From the NCBI GenBank assembly GCA_051252135.1, contig JBPOGH010000004.1, forward strand, positions 160,001-224,000: a stretch of 64,000 nt of DNA. Reading direction: 5' to 3'. The stretch is from Verrucomicrobiaceae bacterium (GTDB lineage Bacteria; Verrucomicrobiota; Verrucomicrobiia; Verrucomicrobiales; Akkermansiaceae). Shown in pieces: positions 10,420 through 18,649 of the stretch; the first letter of the stretch is position 1, and each line of letters begins with the position of its first letter. The notes under the pieces were generated by a model, which was given only the letters and a program-made list of their open reading frames with translations, had not been told where the DNA came from and did no database searches. The translations under genes were made by a program, and so were the position numbers.

Positions 10420-11352
10420 TTAGCCGCCGAGCTTGGCGACCCAGGCCTGGGCCTTGGTGCGGAGGGGGCCGGGCTGGGATTTTTTGACGACCTCGCGGTA
10501 GTAGAGGAGGGCGGAGGTGGTGTTGCCTTTTTTGCGGTAGAACTCGGCGATGTCGTAGGAGCTTTGGATGTCGCGGGAGCCGAGTTTGGTGATTTCCCGG
10601 CGGGCGTCTTTGGCGCGCTTGCTGTTGGGGTAGCGGAGGATGACGTCATCGAATGCTTCGCGGGCGCGGCTGAGGTTGGCCTGGTCCTGGTTGTTGTCCT
10701 TTGATTCGGCGAGGAGGATGGCACCGATGCGGTATTGTGCTTCGTGGGCGTAGTTGGACTCGGGGTATTCGCGGACGAGTTCGCGGTAGGCGTCGATGGC
10801 GCGTTTGGCGTCGCCCTTGTTTTGCCAGACTTCGCCGATGGTGAACTGGGCTTTCTCGCCGGAGGTGGAGCGAGGGGCGTTGGCGCGGACCTTGGCGAGC
10901 ATGGCGGTGGATTTTTTGGCTTCCACTTTCCCTTTGAGTCCGAGGAATGAGCCGGTCTTGAGGGTGCCGCCGGCGGCGGCGTGTGCGAGGGCTTCCTGGC
11001 GCTTGATGGCGGTGGAGTAGTGGGGGGATGCGGGGTAGCGGGCTAGGAGTTCGTTGTAGGCTTCGAAGGCATCGATGAGTTCACCGGATTGGTCGAGGAG
11101 GTGGGCCTGGCGGAACTTGGCGTCGGCGGAGGAGTCCGAGAGGGGGTATTCGCGAGTGACCTTGCGGTAGATTTTGATGGCGCTCTTGGTCTTGCCGGCG
11201 GACTCGGCGGCGCGGCCCTGGTCGTAGAGTGCTTTGGCGCTGCCTTGGCTGGCCTTCACGGTGGAGGCGAGTTGGGCGCTATCGAGGTTTTTTGAGCAGG
11301 AGCAAAGGAGGCCTGCGAGGAGGGTTAAAGAGGCTGTCTTTAGGAAGGACAT
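10420..11352 (-). CDS. bamD: Outer-membrane assembly lipoprotein BamD-like (TPR)
   Basis: Lipobox; repeated YP.S TPR motifs; DQANLSRAREAF..VILRYPNS; YDIAEFY. Confidence 0.8.
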   Translation of the reverse strand: MSFLKTASLTLLAGLLCSCSKNLDSAQLASTVKASQGSAKALYDQGRAAESAGKTKSAIKIYRKVTREYPLSDSSADAKFRQAHLLDQSGELIDAFEAYNELLARYPASPHYSTAIKRQEALAHAAAGGTLKTGSFLGLKGKVEAKKSTAMLAKVRANAPRSTSGEKAQFTIGEVWQNKGDAKRAIDAYRELVREYPESNYAHEAQYRIGAILLAESKDNNQDQANLSRAREAFDDVILRYPNSKRAKDARREITKLGSRDIQSSYDIAEFYRKKGNTTSALLYYREVVKKSQPGPLRTKAQAWVAKLGG

Positions 11353-11425
11353 GGGAGGAGGCTAAGTTGAATGGGAGAAAAAGAAAAGAGGGCAATTTTG
11401 GATTAGTTTTGAACGTTTTTTGGAG

Positions 11426-11586
11426 TGGGAGCTGGGAGCTGGGAGCTGGGAGCTGGGAGCTGAGAGCTGAGAGCTGAGAGCTGAGAGCTGAGAGCTGAGA
11501 GCTGAGAGCTGAGAGCTGAGAGCTGAGAGCTGAGAGCTGGGAGCTGGGAGCTGGGAGCTGGGAGCTGGGAGTTGGGAGTTGGGGGC
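11426..11586. repeat. Tandem heptanucleotide repeat, 23 units
   Basis: (TGGGAGC)x5, (TGAGAGC)x11, (TGGGAGC)x4, (TGGGAGT)x2, TGGGGGC. Confidence 0.97.
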
Positions 11587-11600
11587 TGCGGACTTGATTC

Positions 11601-11630
11601 TTGACGGGGTGTTCGTGGGATCAGTAGAAT
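11601..11630 (+). promoter_or_regulatory. Sigma70-like promoter upstream of the cassette array (Pc-like)
   Basis: TTGACG-N18-TAGAAT. Confidence 0.6.
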
Positions 11631-11718
11631 GTCCGAAGCCTGTGAAGGGGGAAATAGGGGGATGCATTCAATCCCAACTCCGTTGGGCTAAATGATCCTT
11701 ACTGTTAGCGCAAAAAAA

Positions 11719-12054
11719 ATGGCTATGCCCAAGAACACGCTGATCATTCAGTTTCCAAAGCGGCTCAATGCTGATTTGGACTTCGATCGGCTTGTAGAGG
11801 TCGAGGACTCACTGATCCAGGGGATGGCGCAGAGCCGCACCGGAGATGTTGACGGGCACGATTGGGGAGCGGACGGCGCGAATATTTTCATACTTCCGGC
11901 GAACGGGAATTCGTGGCCATCAATCGATGTGGCGAAGGCGCACCTGAAGCTGAAGGGATTGCTAGCGTCGTCGCTCATCGTGAAGAGATTCAAGAGCGAG
12001 CGATACGAAGTAGTCTGGCCAGAGAATTACGAAGGTGACTTCGAGCGCCTATGA
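11719..12054 (+). CDS. Hypothetical protein, gene cassette 1
   Basis: Single ORF between GTTAGCG (11704) and CGCTAAC (12067); GDVDGHD motif; composition differs from the host backbone. Confidence 0.75.
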   Translation: MAMPKNTLIIQFPKRLNADLDFDRLVEVEDSLIQGMAQSRTGDVDGHDWGADGANIFILPANGNSWPSIDVAKAHLKLKGLLASSLIVKRFKSERYEVVWPENYEGDFERL

Positions 12055-12066
12055 ACAAACCAACGG

Positions 12067-12191
12067 CGCTAACAAGACGTCGCTCTCAACACCTGCCTCG
12101 CCGCGAGTTCAATCCGTCATGACCATTCCACCCTCAACCCACAGTCGAAGCCTCGCCCTCGGGCAGATGTGAGAGGACTTCGACGTTCTCC
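12067..12191 (+). mobile_element. attC-like integron recombination site 1
   Basis: R'' CGCTAAC; arms CTCTCAACACCTGCC (12083-97) and GGCAGATGTGAGAG (12162-75) pair with one extra base; R' GTTCTCC. Confidence 0.8.
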
Positions 12192-12196
12192 ACAAA

Positions 12197-12496
12197 ATGA
12201 CCAATCCAGAGACCACCAGAGTTCCAGCATTTGGAGTTGGTTCGCTAGTGACTATATTCTAAGTTGCCTTAATCGGTTACTCAACTTTCCAGAGTAGTTT
12301 TGGAGCTGGTCCGTCGAATTTTGGAGGGACGATAGTTGGGACTCTTGTGCTGTTTTTTGGTCCGATGTCTACTGCTCTACTTGCTTTAATCGGGCTGTGT
12401 AGAAATGAGAGACCTCAATGGATTTCTCTCTTTGCTCTGCTAGTCAGTATAGCCGTGTTTTTTTGTCGATCATGGTTCCTAACACCTTCTTCGTAG
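12197..12496 (+). pseudogene. Cassette 2: small membrane protein gene with an in-frame stop
   Basis: MTNPETTRVPAFGVGSLVTIF*VALIGYSTF...LLALIGLCRNERPQWISLFALLVSIAVFFCRSWFLTPSS*; TAA at 12260-62. Confidence 0.65.
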
Positions 12497-12521
12497 GGAT
12501 AGTTTCACACTGAACATACTA

Positions 12522-12569
12522 GGAGAACAGGGCGCTGGTCTTGACGGCTTCGGCGTCCTAAAGTTCTCG
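12522..12569 (+). mobile_element. Short or degenerate attC-like site 2
   Basis: GGAGAAC is the exact complement of GTTCTCC that opens cassette 2; then AGGGCGC...GCGTCCT and GTTCTCG. Confidence 0.55.
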
Positions 12570-12637
12570 CAAGGCCGTCAGGTGTGTGGAGATCAACTCA
12601 GCCCCCGAGACAGCTCAAGCGTTCAAGAACTCTGCAA

Positions 12638-13141
12638 ATGGTGCTCAAAAAATCTCACGAGCTCTGGGCGATTTTAGTTGGCTCGGCCTTCCTGCTTTAT
12701 CGGGTCGTAGCACCTTTTATGGGCGGATTGAATCGATGGCAGGATGTCACTCCGGTGGCTGTGCTGTTTTTGGCGATCCCTGTCGTTACGGCAGCCGCGC
12801 CCCTGCTCCTTGGGTGGAAGTATGATCGGCGGATCGTTGGACTCAGTGGATTTTTGGGATCAGCTATTTTTCTTCCGATCATTCCGGCGTTCATCGCCGT
12901 TCTCATCATCTTATACGCGGTCACCACAAAGCCATTGGTCCTGACTGCGGTGTGGACGGGTTTGGCTTCGTTAATTGCAGCGATTCCCTTTATTTATTAT
13001 CGGCTGATTGGTTCTCCTGATCTTTTGTATGCAGGAGGTGCCGGATTGTTATTGTTTGTGTCTCTCGTTGTATCGGCCATTTTTCTTCTCATCTCAATTG
13101 CGGTTTGGTTGTGCCATCTGGTCAAGCGAGCGAGAAGCTAA
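12638..13141 (+). CDS. Hypothetical polytopic membrane protein (putative cassette 3)
   Basis: Several hydrophobic segments; follows attC-like site 2. Confidence 0.7.
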   Translation: MVLKKSHELWAILVGSAFLLYRVVAPFMGGLNRWQDVTPVAVLFLAIPVVTAAAPLLLGWKYDRRIVGLSGFLGSAIFLPIIPAFIAVLIILYAVTTKPLVLTAVWTGLASLIAAIPFIYYRLIGSPDLLYAGGAGLLLFVSLVVSAIFLLISIAVWLCHLVKRARS

Positions 13142-13300
13142 GATGAAGGTGCATCGAGCCTTGGGGGGCTTGGGTTGGGGGGCGGAGGGATGATGGGATG
13201 GCGCTCGGTCTTCCGGAATTGTGTGAGTTAAAAGAGTCGGTGAGAGAGAGTTGGGAAGGGCTGGGATCAAGGGAGGTTTGTTGGATTCCGGTGATCCTCC

Positions 13301-13537
13301 AGGTCGCTGATTTTTGGAAACTCTGGTTCCGGGAAGACCTCTTTGGCGAAGAGGCTTTCGGGCGAGGCGGGGTGTCCTCATCTCGATTTGGACAGCATCG
13401 CCTGGAAGGAATCGAATCCTCCTGTCAGGGAGGAGGCCGGAATCAGTCTAGCGGCTCTGGCGGAGTTTGTTGGCCGGAATCACCGCGAGAAAGATAAGCG
13501 GCAACCGGAACGCAGTGGAGATGGTCGAAGAGAATGA
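13301..13537 (+). pseudogene. Truncated P-loop kinase (shikimate/adenylate kinase-like) remnant
   Basis: LIFGNSGSGKTSLAKRL...HLDLDSIAW; in-frame TGA at 13292 upstream with no start before the P-loop; C-terminal half missing. Confidence 0.7.
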
Positions 13538-13549
13538 GCCTCTAGGAGA

Positions 13550-13574
13550 CCGTCTGAAAAATGCCCAACGAGTG
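13550..13574 (+). mobile_element. IS/MITE terminal-repeat-like motif, copy A
   Basis: CCGTCTGAAAAATGCCCAACGAGTG; 24/25 identical to the inverted copy at 61577-61601. Confidence 0.55.
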
Positions 13575-13653
13575 TTTTGATTTAGGGGTCTTTAAGAAAG
13601 TGCAGCCGGACCTTTCGGAGAAAGGTCCCTGCCTTTTGATTTGGGTTGAGGAT

Positions 13654-14481
13654 TTAGGGGAAGAGTTGGGTGAGGATGTCTTGGGGGGTGGTGCCGGATT
13701 GGCGGAGGGTTTTTAGGGAGAGGGCGTCGTTTCGTTTGGCGAGGCGGGTGCCGGTTTCATCGCAGATGAGGCGGTGGTGCTCGTAGGTGGGTTGAGGGAG
13801 GTTGAGGAGGTGCTGGAGGAGGCGGTGGATGTGGGTGGAGGGGAGGAGGTCTTGGCCGCGGGTGATGAGGGTGATGTTTTGGGCGGCGTCATCGGTAACG
13901 ACGGCGAGGTGGTAGGAGGTGCCGATGTCTTTGCGGGCGAGGATGACATCGCCGAGGAGGGTGGGGGAGACGGTGGTCTGGCCGTGGATGGTGTCGCGGA
14001 AGGTGAGGGGGCCGGCTTTTTGAGCGGCGAGTTGGCTATCGAGACGCCAGGAGGGGGATTTTTTTGAGAGGAGATCGGCGCGTTGGTCGGGGGTGAGGGA
14101 GCGGCAGGTGCCGGGGTAGAGGGGGCCTTCGGGGCCCTGGGGGGCGCGGGTGAGGTTGGCGAGCTCGGACTCGATTTCACGGCGGGTGCAGAAGCAGGGG
14201 TAGACGACGCCGAGGGATTTGAGGTGGTCGAGGGCTTGCTCGTAGTGGGGGAGGCGGTCGAGTTGGCGCCAGGGGGTGAGATCCCAGGTGAGGCCGAGCC
14301 AGCGGAGGTCGGATTCGATCTGGAGGTAGTATTCCTCGCGGACGCGGGTGTGGTCGATGTCCTCGAAGCGGAGAAGGAAGGAGCCTCCGGCATCGCGGGC
14401 CCGTTGGTGGGCGAGGAGGGCGGCGTAGGCGTGTCCCAGGTGGAGGAATCCGGTGGGGCTGGGGGCGAAGCGGGTGGTCAT
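13654..14481 (-). CDS. gluQ: Glutamyl-Q tRNA(Asp) synthetase
   Basis: TRFAPSPTGFLHLGH, YPCFCTR, YPGTCR, RLAKR; no anticodon-binding domain; start MTTRF at 14481. Confidence 0.93.
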   Translation of the reverse strand: MTTRFAPSPTGFLHLGHAYAALLAHQRARDAGGSFLLRFEDIDHTRVREEYYLQIESDLRWLGLTWDLTPWRQLDRLPHYEQALDHLKSLGVVYPCFCTRREIESELANLTRAPQGPEGPLYPGTCRSLTPDQRADLLSKKSPSWRLDSQLAAQKAGPLTFRDTIHGQTTVSPTLLGDVILARKDIGTSYHLAVVTDDAAQNITLITRGQDLLPSTHIHRLLQHLLNLPQPTYEHHRLICDETGTRLAKRNDALSLKTLRQSGTTPQDILTQLFP

Positions 14482-14535
14482 CGATGAAAAAAGAATTAGC
14501 GACGAAGGGATTGGTAGTCTATGGGTTGCGCGTCC

Positions 14536-16059
14536 ATGAGTAAGGGAAAAAGAGTCGTCATTGTCGGAGCAGGACCCGGGGGATTGTCCTCTGCGATGAT
14601 TCTCGCGAATCGGGGATTTGATGTCACGGTGATTGAAAAAGCGGATCGCGTGGGTGGTCGCAATGCGGAAGTGCGGGTGGGGGATTACTCTTTTGATCTG
14701 GGGCCGACCTTCTTGCACCAGAAGTTCACCTTGGATGAGATTTTTGCGGAGACGGGGCGGAGGAGCGACGATTACATGGATTTGGTGCTACTGGATCCGA
14801 TGACGAAGCTGAGCTGGGGGACGGAGAAGACGATCGAGACGAGCTGTGATGAGGAGACGATGGCGGCGAACATCGCAGAGGTTTTTCCGGGGGATGAGGA
14901 CGGGTATCGTCGGTTCATGAAGGATCACGCGGCCAAGCTCCGCGCGATTTATCCGTGCCTGCAGAAGCCTTTTCATAAGATTTCATCGTATGTGCATCGG
15001 GACCTGTTGCGGGTGGTGCCTTACATCGCGACGGCGAAGAGTGTGGTGGATGTGCTGGAGAATTACTTTTCGGATCCGCGGCTGATGTTGGCGTTTACCT
15101 TTCAGGCAAAATATCTGGGGATGAGTCCGTGGAAGTGTCCGGCCTTGTTCAGTATTTTGTCGTATACGGAATACAAGTACGGGATTTACCACGTGCAGGG
15201 CGGGCTTTGTAAAATCTCGGCGGGGATGGCGAAGGCGGCGCAGGAGGACGGGGCGGAGATTCGGCTGAATACGCCGATGAAGGAAGTGATATTTGACGGG
15301 GATACGGCGAAGGGTGTGGTGCTTGAGAATGGGGAGCGGATTGAGGCGGACCATGTGGTGATGAATGCGGATTACGCGCATGCGATGGTCAACCTGATGA
15401 ACGGGAAGAGCAAGGAGCCGGCGGAGATGGCGGGGAAGAAGTATTCCTGTTCGACCTTCATGCTCTATCTGGGGATTGATAAGATTTATGAGGATGAGCC
15501 GCATCATCACATTCTGTTCGCGGATGATTACGAGCAGAACGTGGAGGATATCCGGGGCGAGGAAACGATCTCCGACGACATGTCGATCTATGTGCGGAAC
15601 TCGAGTGTGACCGATCCGACGGTGGCTCCGGAGGGGCACTCGCAGTTGTATATTTTGGTGCCGACGATTAATTGTCGTCACGATCACGACTGGGAAGAGA
15701 CGAAGCAGGAGTATCGTGACAAAGTGCTGGACCGGATCATCGAGCGGACGGGGATGAAGGACCTGCGCGAGCACATTGTGGAGGAGCGGATACTGACGCC
15801 GACCGAGTGGCGGGATGACTTTGAAGTGTTTATGGGGGCGACCTTTAATCTGGCTCACACGATTGATCAGATGCTGTATTTCCGCCCGCACAACCGGCTG
15901 AAGGGGTATGATAATTTGTATCTTGTGGGAGGCGGGACGCATCCGGGAAGCGGGCTGCCGACGATTTTGGAGAGCGGTCGGATTTCATCGAACATGTTGT
16001 GTGATGAAGTGGGAGTGGAATACACGCGGGCCGATTTGGCTCCGGAATTTTTAGCGTAG
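14536..16059 (+). CDS. crtI: Phytoene/diapophytoene desaturase (CrtI/CrtN family)
   Basis: GAGPGG FAD motif, FDLGPTF, NLYLVGGGTHPGSGLPTILES. Confidence 0.88.
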   Translation: MSKGKRVVIVGAGPGGLSSAMILANRGFDVTVIEKADRVGGRNAEVRVGDYSFDLGPTFLHQKFTLDEIFAETGRRSDDYMDLVLLDPMTKLSWGTEKTIETSCDEETMAANIAEVFPGDEDGYRRFMKDHAAKLRAIYPCLQKPFHKISSYVHRDLLRVVPYIATAKSVVDVLENYFSDPRLMLAFTFQAKYLGMSPWKCPALFSILSYTEYKYGIYHVQGGLCKISAGMAKAAQEDGAEIRLNTPMKEVIFDGDTAKGVVLENGERIEADHVVMNADYAHAMVNLMNGKSKEPAEMAGKKYSCSTFMLYLGIDKIYEDEPHHHILFADDYEQNVEDIRGEETISDDMSIYVRNSSVTDPTVAPEGHSQLYILVPTINCRHDHDWEETKQEYRDKVLDRIIERTGMKDLREHIVEERILTPTEWRDDFEVFMGATFNLAHTIDQMLYFRPHNRLKGYDNLYLVGGGTHPGSGLPTILESGRISSNMLCDEVGVEYTRADLAPEFLA

Positions 16060-16068
16060 CAAAGTGCG

Positions 16069-16731
16069 ATGACCGAGGAGTTCGTGATGTCGCCGATCGG
16101 GGTGGTGGAGAGCTGCTTCGGGGAGAAATTTGGGACGCCACGGCAGAGCGGGATTGTGGCGGCGGCGCGCGGGCGGGTGGTGCTCTCGGCCGAGGTGGAT
16201 GAGGAAGCGTGTCGGGGGCTGGAGGAATTTAGCCATGTGTGGCTGGTGTTTGTTTTTGATCAGGTGAAGGAGGATGAGGTGCGGTGGTTGGTGAGGCCGC
16301 CGAGGTTGGGCGGGAATGAGAAGAAGGGGGTGCTGGCTACGAGGTCGCCCTTTCGTCCGAACCGGATCGGGTTGTCTCTGGTGCGGCTGGAGGGCGTGAC
16401 GGGCCGGGTGATCGAGGTGAGCGGGATCGATTTGGTGGATGGGACGCCGATTCTGGATGTGAAGCCGTACTTGCCGTATGTGGAGTCGGTGCCGGATGCG
16501 GTGGGCGGGTTTGCGAGTGCGGCGCCGGAGCGGATGGAAGTGGAGATTTCGGATGAGCTGAGAGAGGGACTGAGCGCGGAGGAGGTTGAGCTGGTGATCG
16601 GGGCGTTGTCGGTGGATCCCCGGCCGGCGTATCACGATGATGCGGAGCGGGTGTATGGGTGTCGGCTGGTGGGGCGGGAGGTGAAGTGGCGGGTGGTATC
16701 GGGAGTGGTGGTGGTGACGGATGTTTGCTAA
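16069..16731 (+). CDS. tsaA: tRNA (m6t6A37) methyltransferase TsaA/TrmO
   Basis: EKFGTPRQSG, GVLATRSPFRPNRIGLS, DLVDGTPILDVKPY, DPRPAY. Confidence 0.93.
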   Translation: MTEEFVMSPIGVVESCFGEKFGTPRQSGIVAAARGRVVLSAEVDEEACRGLEEFSHVWLVFVFDQVKEDEVRWLVRPPRLGGNEKKGVLATRSPFRPNRIGLSLVRLEGVTGRVIEVSGIDLVDGTPILDVKPYLPYVESVPDAVGGFASAAPERMEVEISDELREGLSAEEVELVIGALSVDPRPAYHDDAERVYGCRLVGREVKWRVVSGVVVVTDVC

Positions 16732-16739
16732 GCACGAGC

Positions 16740-17093
16740 ATGGAAGTTCGCCGATATGAGGAGCAGGAGCCTTTTACGACCAAGGATGGGTCGACGATCC
16801 GGAGCTTGTTGGACTTGAGCAACGCGCCGGTGGCGAACCAGAGTTTGGCGGAAGCGACCCTGCCGGTGGGTGGGGAGACGGAGCGGCATTATCACAAAGT
16901 GAGTGAGGAGTTTTACTACATCACGGAGGGGGCGGGGGTGATGGAGATCGAGGGTGAGGAGCGCGAGGTGGGGGTGGGGGATGCGATTTTGATTCCGGTG
17001 GGGGCATGGCATCAGATTCGGGCGAGAGAGGGGATGCGGTTTTTGTGCTGCTGTGCGCCGCCGTATGAGCATGATGATACCTATTTTGAGTGA
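16740..17093 (+). CDS. Cupin domain protein
   Basis: HYHKVSEEFYYI...IPVGAWHQI. Confidence 0.88.
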   Translation: MEVRRYEEQEPFTTKDGSTIRSLLDLSNAPVANQSLAEATLPVGGETERHYHKVSEEFYYITEGAGVMEIEGEEREVGVGDAILIPVGAWHQIRAREGMRFLCCCAPPYEHDDTYFE

Positions 17094-17127
17094 TCCTGGT
17101 TTTGTGACGGGTTGAGGCGTGGTCGCG

Positions 17128-17156
17128 TTGACAAGGGGTGAAGTGGGAGGCACATT
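17128..17156 (+). promoter_or_regulatory. Promoter of gcvT, likely leaderless transcript
   Basis: TTGACA-N17-CACATT, 6 nt before the GTG start. Confidence 0.55.
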
Positions 17157-17162
17157 GCGCGC

Positions 17163-18245
17163 GTGAGCGACGTGTTGAAACTTTCCCCGCTTGATGAGAA
17201 ACATCGGGAGTTGGGCGGACGGATGATTTCCTTTGCCGGCTGGGAGATGCCGGTGATGTATTCCTCAATCATCGATGAGCATCTGGCGGTGCGATCGAAG
17301 GCGGGAATTTTCGACATTTCCCACATGGGGCAGGTTTTTGTGCGGGGCAAGGATGCGGAGGAATGGTTGGACGGGATGCTGACCAATGAAGTGGCGGTGC
17401 TGGAAGAGGGAGAGGCGCATTACACCTTTCTGCTGAATGAAGAGGGCGGGGTGATTGATGATTTGATTTTGTATCGGCTGGGTGAGGAGGATTTTTTGCT
17501 GGTGGTGAATGCCTCCTGTATTTCGAGGGATCTGGAATGGCTGGCGAAGCATTTGGAAGGAAAGGTGGAGGTGGAGAATGTGAGCGAGGGGTGGGCCGGG
17601 CTGGCGGTGCAGGGGCCGGAAGCGTCGGAGATCTACACGCGGGTCACGGAGGGGAGAACGCTGCCCTCGCGGAACCATGTTGATGATTTGACGATGATGG
17701 GGCACCGGACGTTTGTGTGCCGCACGGGATATACCGGCGAGGATGGCTTTGAGTTGTTTTGTCCATCGGGGCAGGCGAAATCGTGGTGGCAGAGTTTTGT
17801 GGATGAAGGGGTGGTTCCGTGCGGATTGGGAGCGCGTGATACGCTGCGGCTGGAGATGTGTTATCCGCTGAATGGCTCGGATCTGACGACGGAGCGGACG
17901 CCGCTGGAGGCGGGGTTGGGATTTTTTGTGGCGTTGGAGAAGGGAGAGTTTGTGGGGGGCGAGGTGCTTCGGCAGCAGAAGGAAAAAGGGCCGAAGCGGC
18001 GGCTGATGGCGATCAAGATGGATGGTCCCGGAGCGCCTCCGAGGCCGGGATATCCGGTGATGGATCGCAAGGGATATCCGATCGGGGTGTTGACCTCGGG
18101 CGGGATGTCGCCCTCTCTTGGCGAAGGGATAGGGATGGCCTACCTTCCGGTGGAAGAGGTGAAGATCAATACGCCGGTAGGGATTGAGGTGCGCGGGAAG
18201 ATTCTCCCGGCAAAAGTGGTGAAAAAGCCTTTCTATCGGAAATAA
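17163..18245 (+). CDS. gcvT: Glycine cleavage system T protein
   Basis: FAGWEMPVMY, FDISHMG, RTGYTGEDGFE, GLGARDTLRLE. Confidence 0.97.
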   Translation: MSDVLKLSPLDEKHRELGGRMISFAGWEMPVMYSSIIDEHLAVRSKAGIFDISHMGQVFVRGKDAEEWLDGMLTNEVAVLEEGEAHYTFLLNEEGGVIDDLILYRLGEEDFLLVVNASCISRDLEWLAKHLEGKVEVENVSEGWAGLAVQGPEASEIYTRVTEGRTLPSRNHVDDLTMMGHRTFVCRTGYTGEDGFELFCPSGQAKSWWQSFVDEGVVPCGLGARDTLRLEMCYPLNGSDLTTERTPLEAGLGFFVALEKGEFVGGEVLRQQKEKGPKRRLMAIKMDGPGAPPRPGYPVMDRKGYPIGVLTSGGMSPSLGEGIGMAYLPVEEVKINTPVGIEVRGKILPAKVVKKPFYRK

Positions 18246-18267
18246 GAAATCGTTAGTTTCCAAGCAG

Positions 18268-18642
18268 ATGACCATTCCTGACAATTGCCGTTACACCCCG
18301 GACCATGAGTGGGTCCGTCTACAAGGAGAGATCGCGACGGTGGGGATCACCGATCACGCGCAGGCGGAACTGAGTGATGTGGTTTTTGTGGAGCTTCCCG
18401 ATTTGGGCGACATTGAGAAGGCGTCGCCGGTTGGGGTAGTGGAGAGTGTGAAGGCGGCGAGTGATATTTACGCGCCGATTTCGGGGGAGATCATTGAGAT
18501 CAATCTCGATCTGGTGGCTGATCCGGCGAAGATCAATACGGACCCTTATGACACGGGTTGGATTTTCAAGATGCGCGTGACCGACAGTTCCCAGTATGAC
18601 GCGATGATGGATGCTTCATCCTATCGGGGAGTCGTGAGATAA
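18268..18642 (+). CDS. gcvH: Glycine cleavage system H protein
   Basis: [25 protein letters not shown] lipoyl motif. Confidence 0.97.
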   Translation: MTIPDNCRYTPDHEWVRLQGEIATVGITDHAQAELSDVVFVELPDLGDIEKASPVGVVESVKAASDIYAPISGEIIEINLDLVADPAKINTDPYDTGWIFKMRVTDSSQYDAMMDASSYRGVVR

Positions 18643-18649
18643 TTTCGTT

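Noticed and set aside
11426..11586. CRISPR array
   Set aside because: Contiguous 7-bp units, no spacers, no cas genes
11362..11667. ORF with SSQLSAL/SSQLPAP repeats
   Set aside because: Merely the translation of the heptamer repeat
17094..17162. Glycine riboswitch before gcvT
   Set aside because: Gap is only about 70 nt, has no aptamer motifs, and the promoter abuts the start codon
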